Shown here piece after piece: positions 62,501 through 64,000 of a DNA stretch of 64,000 bases (positions are counted from its first letter, which is position 1; the number at the start of each line of letters is the position of its first letter). Origin of the DNA: Lama guanicoe (taxonomy: Eukaryota); contig MU054391.1 of the NCBI GenBank assembly GCA_013239625.1, positions 7,223,095 through 7,287,094 of the forward strand, in the 5' to 3' direction. The notes below the pieces were generated by a model. It saw only the letters and a program-made list of their open reading frames with translations, did not search any database and had not been told where the DNA came from. Both the position numbers and the translations under genes were made by a program.

Positions 62501-64000
62501 AACCTAGCCTTGCTGACTAACCCTATATTAGAGATGAAGAGATTGAGATTTAGGAGAGGTGGGTTGCCAAGGCCACGTAGCTAGGAGAGGATGTCACTAA
62601 GGGATTAAGAGAATAAGGCTGGGTTTAGAGGGCAGACCCAAGGAGTCCTGGGAGCACAGCTCCTTCAGGTGTGCTCAGGATAAGCACAGCATTGTTAGCA
62701 GCTCCTGCATTTCTTCTAAGCATCCAGAGTTTTGGCAGCCAAGGAGCTGATGTGAAACCATCCCTGCTTTGTCTGTTTTTGAGGCAGGAGCCTGGGCTGG
62801 GGTGGAATGTGGGGTGGCTGGGCAGCCAGAATGGGGCTTGCTCTGCCTTGGCTAACAGAGAAATTGGAGAGCCAGGCTGGGAAATTACCGTGCAATCTCT
62901 TCCTCTAATTCAATTTTGCGTTGATAACCAGTATGTCAAATCACTGTGAAGATGAGATGACAACACAGCCATTGAGTCTGTGTCACAGTCGGTTATTTTC
63001 AGATGTGTGTGAAGATCCTTAATTGTGTTGACACCCATTAGGTCTCCCTCCCGGGCAGCTCCATGAGCTGCTTGAAGACGCTGTAATTAAGTTCCCTCAT
63101 TCTGTCCTTGTGCCCGTTGTCCCAGGGATGTGAAGCATCAGGCACTGCTCAGACCTCGACTGCAGCGGTCACATTCCTGCAGCATCCAGTCAACTGGACA
63201 TGCACTCCATCTTCTGCCTCTGCTCGCTTTTGGCCCTAGTAGTGCGAGGAGGGGATGGGCTGATTAATTTAAAACGACAGAATCTTTTGGACAAGAGCCA
63301 TGATTGGCTGAGAGACTACCAGCACCATCTCCAGGACTTCTTGCATAGACTGTATGAATAACACCCTGTTCTACCAGCGATAGTTTAAACAGCCCCTTCT
63401 GTCTTGCTTGCTGAATTAATTGAAGTGGAATAGGACAAGCTTGGAAAGAGTTTCAGCGGCTACTCGTGCACCAGATTGCAAATAAAGGACTTTAAGGATG
63501 AAAGTCCATCCTATTATTAAATTTAATATACAACAACACAATTACATCCTTCTTTCTGTTGGCCAGCAATATTAAATACAGAGCCAGTCTCATCATACTC
63601 ATCTCTAATGGATCATCTAAACATTTTTCTTACAAAAGTGAATTTGGAATTTCTGTGCTTACTTGGAGTGGGGGTCATAGGCTAGGGCATAGATTTTCTT
63701 TTAAAATGGAAATTTTACAAATGCACTTTTATGTTGTAAACAACCAGAGTTCTGTTGATGTTTCATTCGACTATATATATTTTTTCTATAATTGCTACAA
63801 AATAATATCAACTGAGGAAAAGAGCAGTGTGATATCTTGGCATTACTTTTATGGTGGGAGAAAAAATGACAATAGTGTTATTAATCCTCATTATAATAAG
63901 TTGTATTTATTAGATCTTCCCCTTGTGAATGTGCTAAGTGTGTAACTCACCTTACATAATTTCACCCTTTGAATAACACTGCAGTATGTAGTTTATCCCA

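Noticed and set aside
1-64000. CRISPR array, operon or other prokaryotic-type system; a named host gene
   Set aside because: The sequence is mammalian with no regularly spaced repeat array, and no exon was found that could identify the gene

Overview
Mammalian genomic DNA, very probably a camelid, because it carries three copies of the tRNA-Ala-derived Vic-1-type SINE and shows no Alu, BovB or Bov-tA. No protein-coding exon of a recognisable gene was found. The ORF track is essentially noise, apart from decayed L1 ORF1/ORF2 and ERV-L dUTPase remnants. The window reads as a large intron or gene desert. It is densely layered with ancient repeats (MIR, L2, L1M, MLT1/MLT2, LTR16, LTR33, MER21, MER76, hAT MITEs) and younger L1/SINE insertions with readable target-site duplications (TSDs). 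These are interspersed with repeat-free, homeodomain/POU-motif-rich islands that look like conserved non-coding enhancers. The most notable items are: a full-length U6 copy fused to an L1 ORF2 fragment; a perfect 20-bp-stem hairpin apparently made by fold-back of a MIR head; a tailless L1 5'-end-only insertion; an octamer-site cluster; and a speculative 53-aa prepropeptide-like small ORF with a splice acceptor and AATAAA near the window end. Repeat family names are from recall of consensus sequences, not from a database search. Boundaries of old repeats are approximate. No confidently novel system is claimed.
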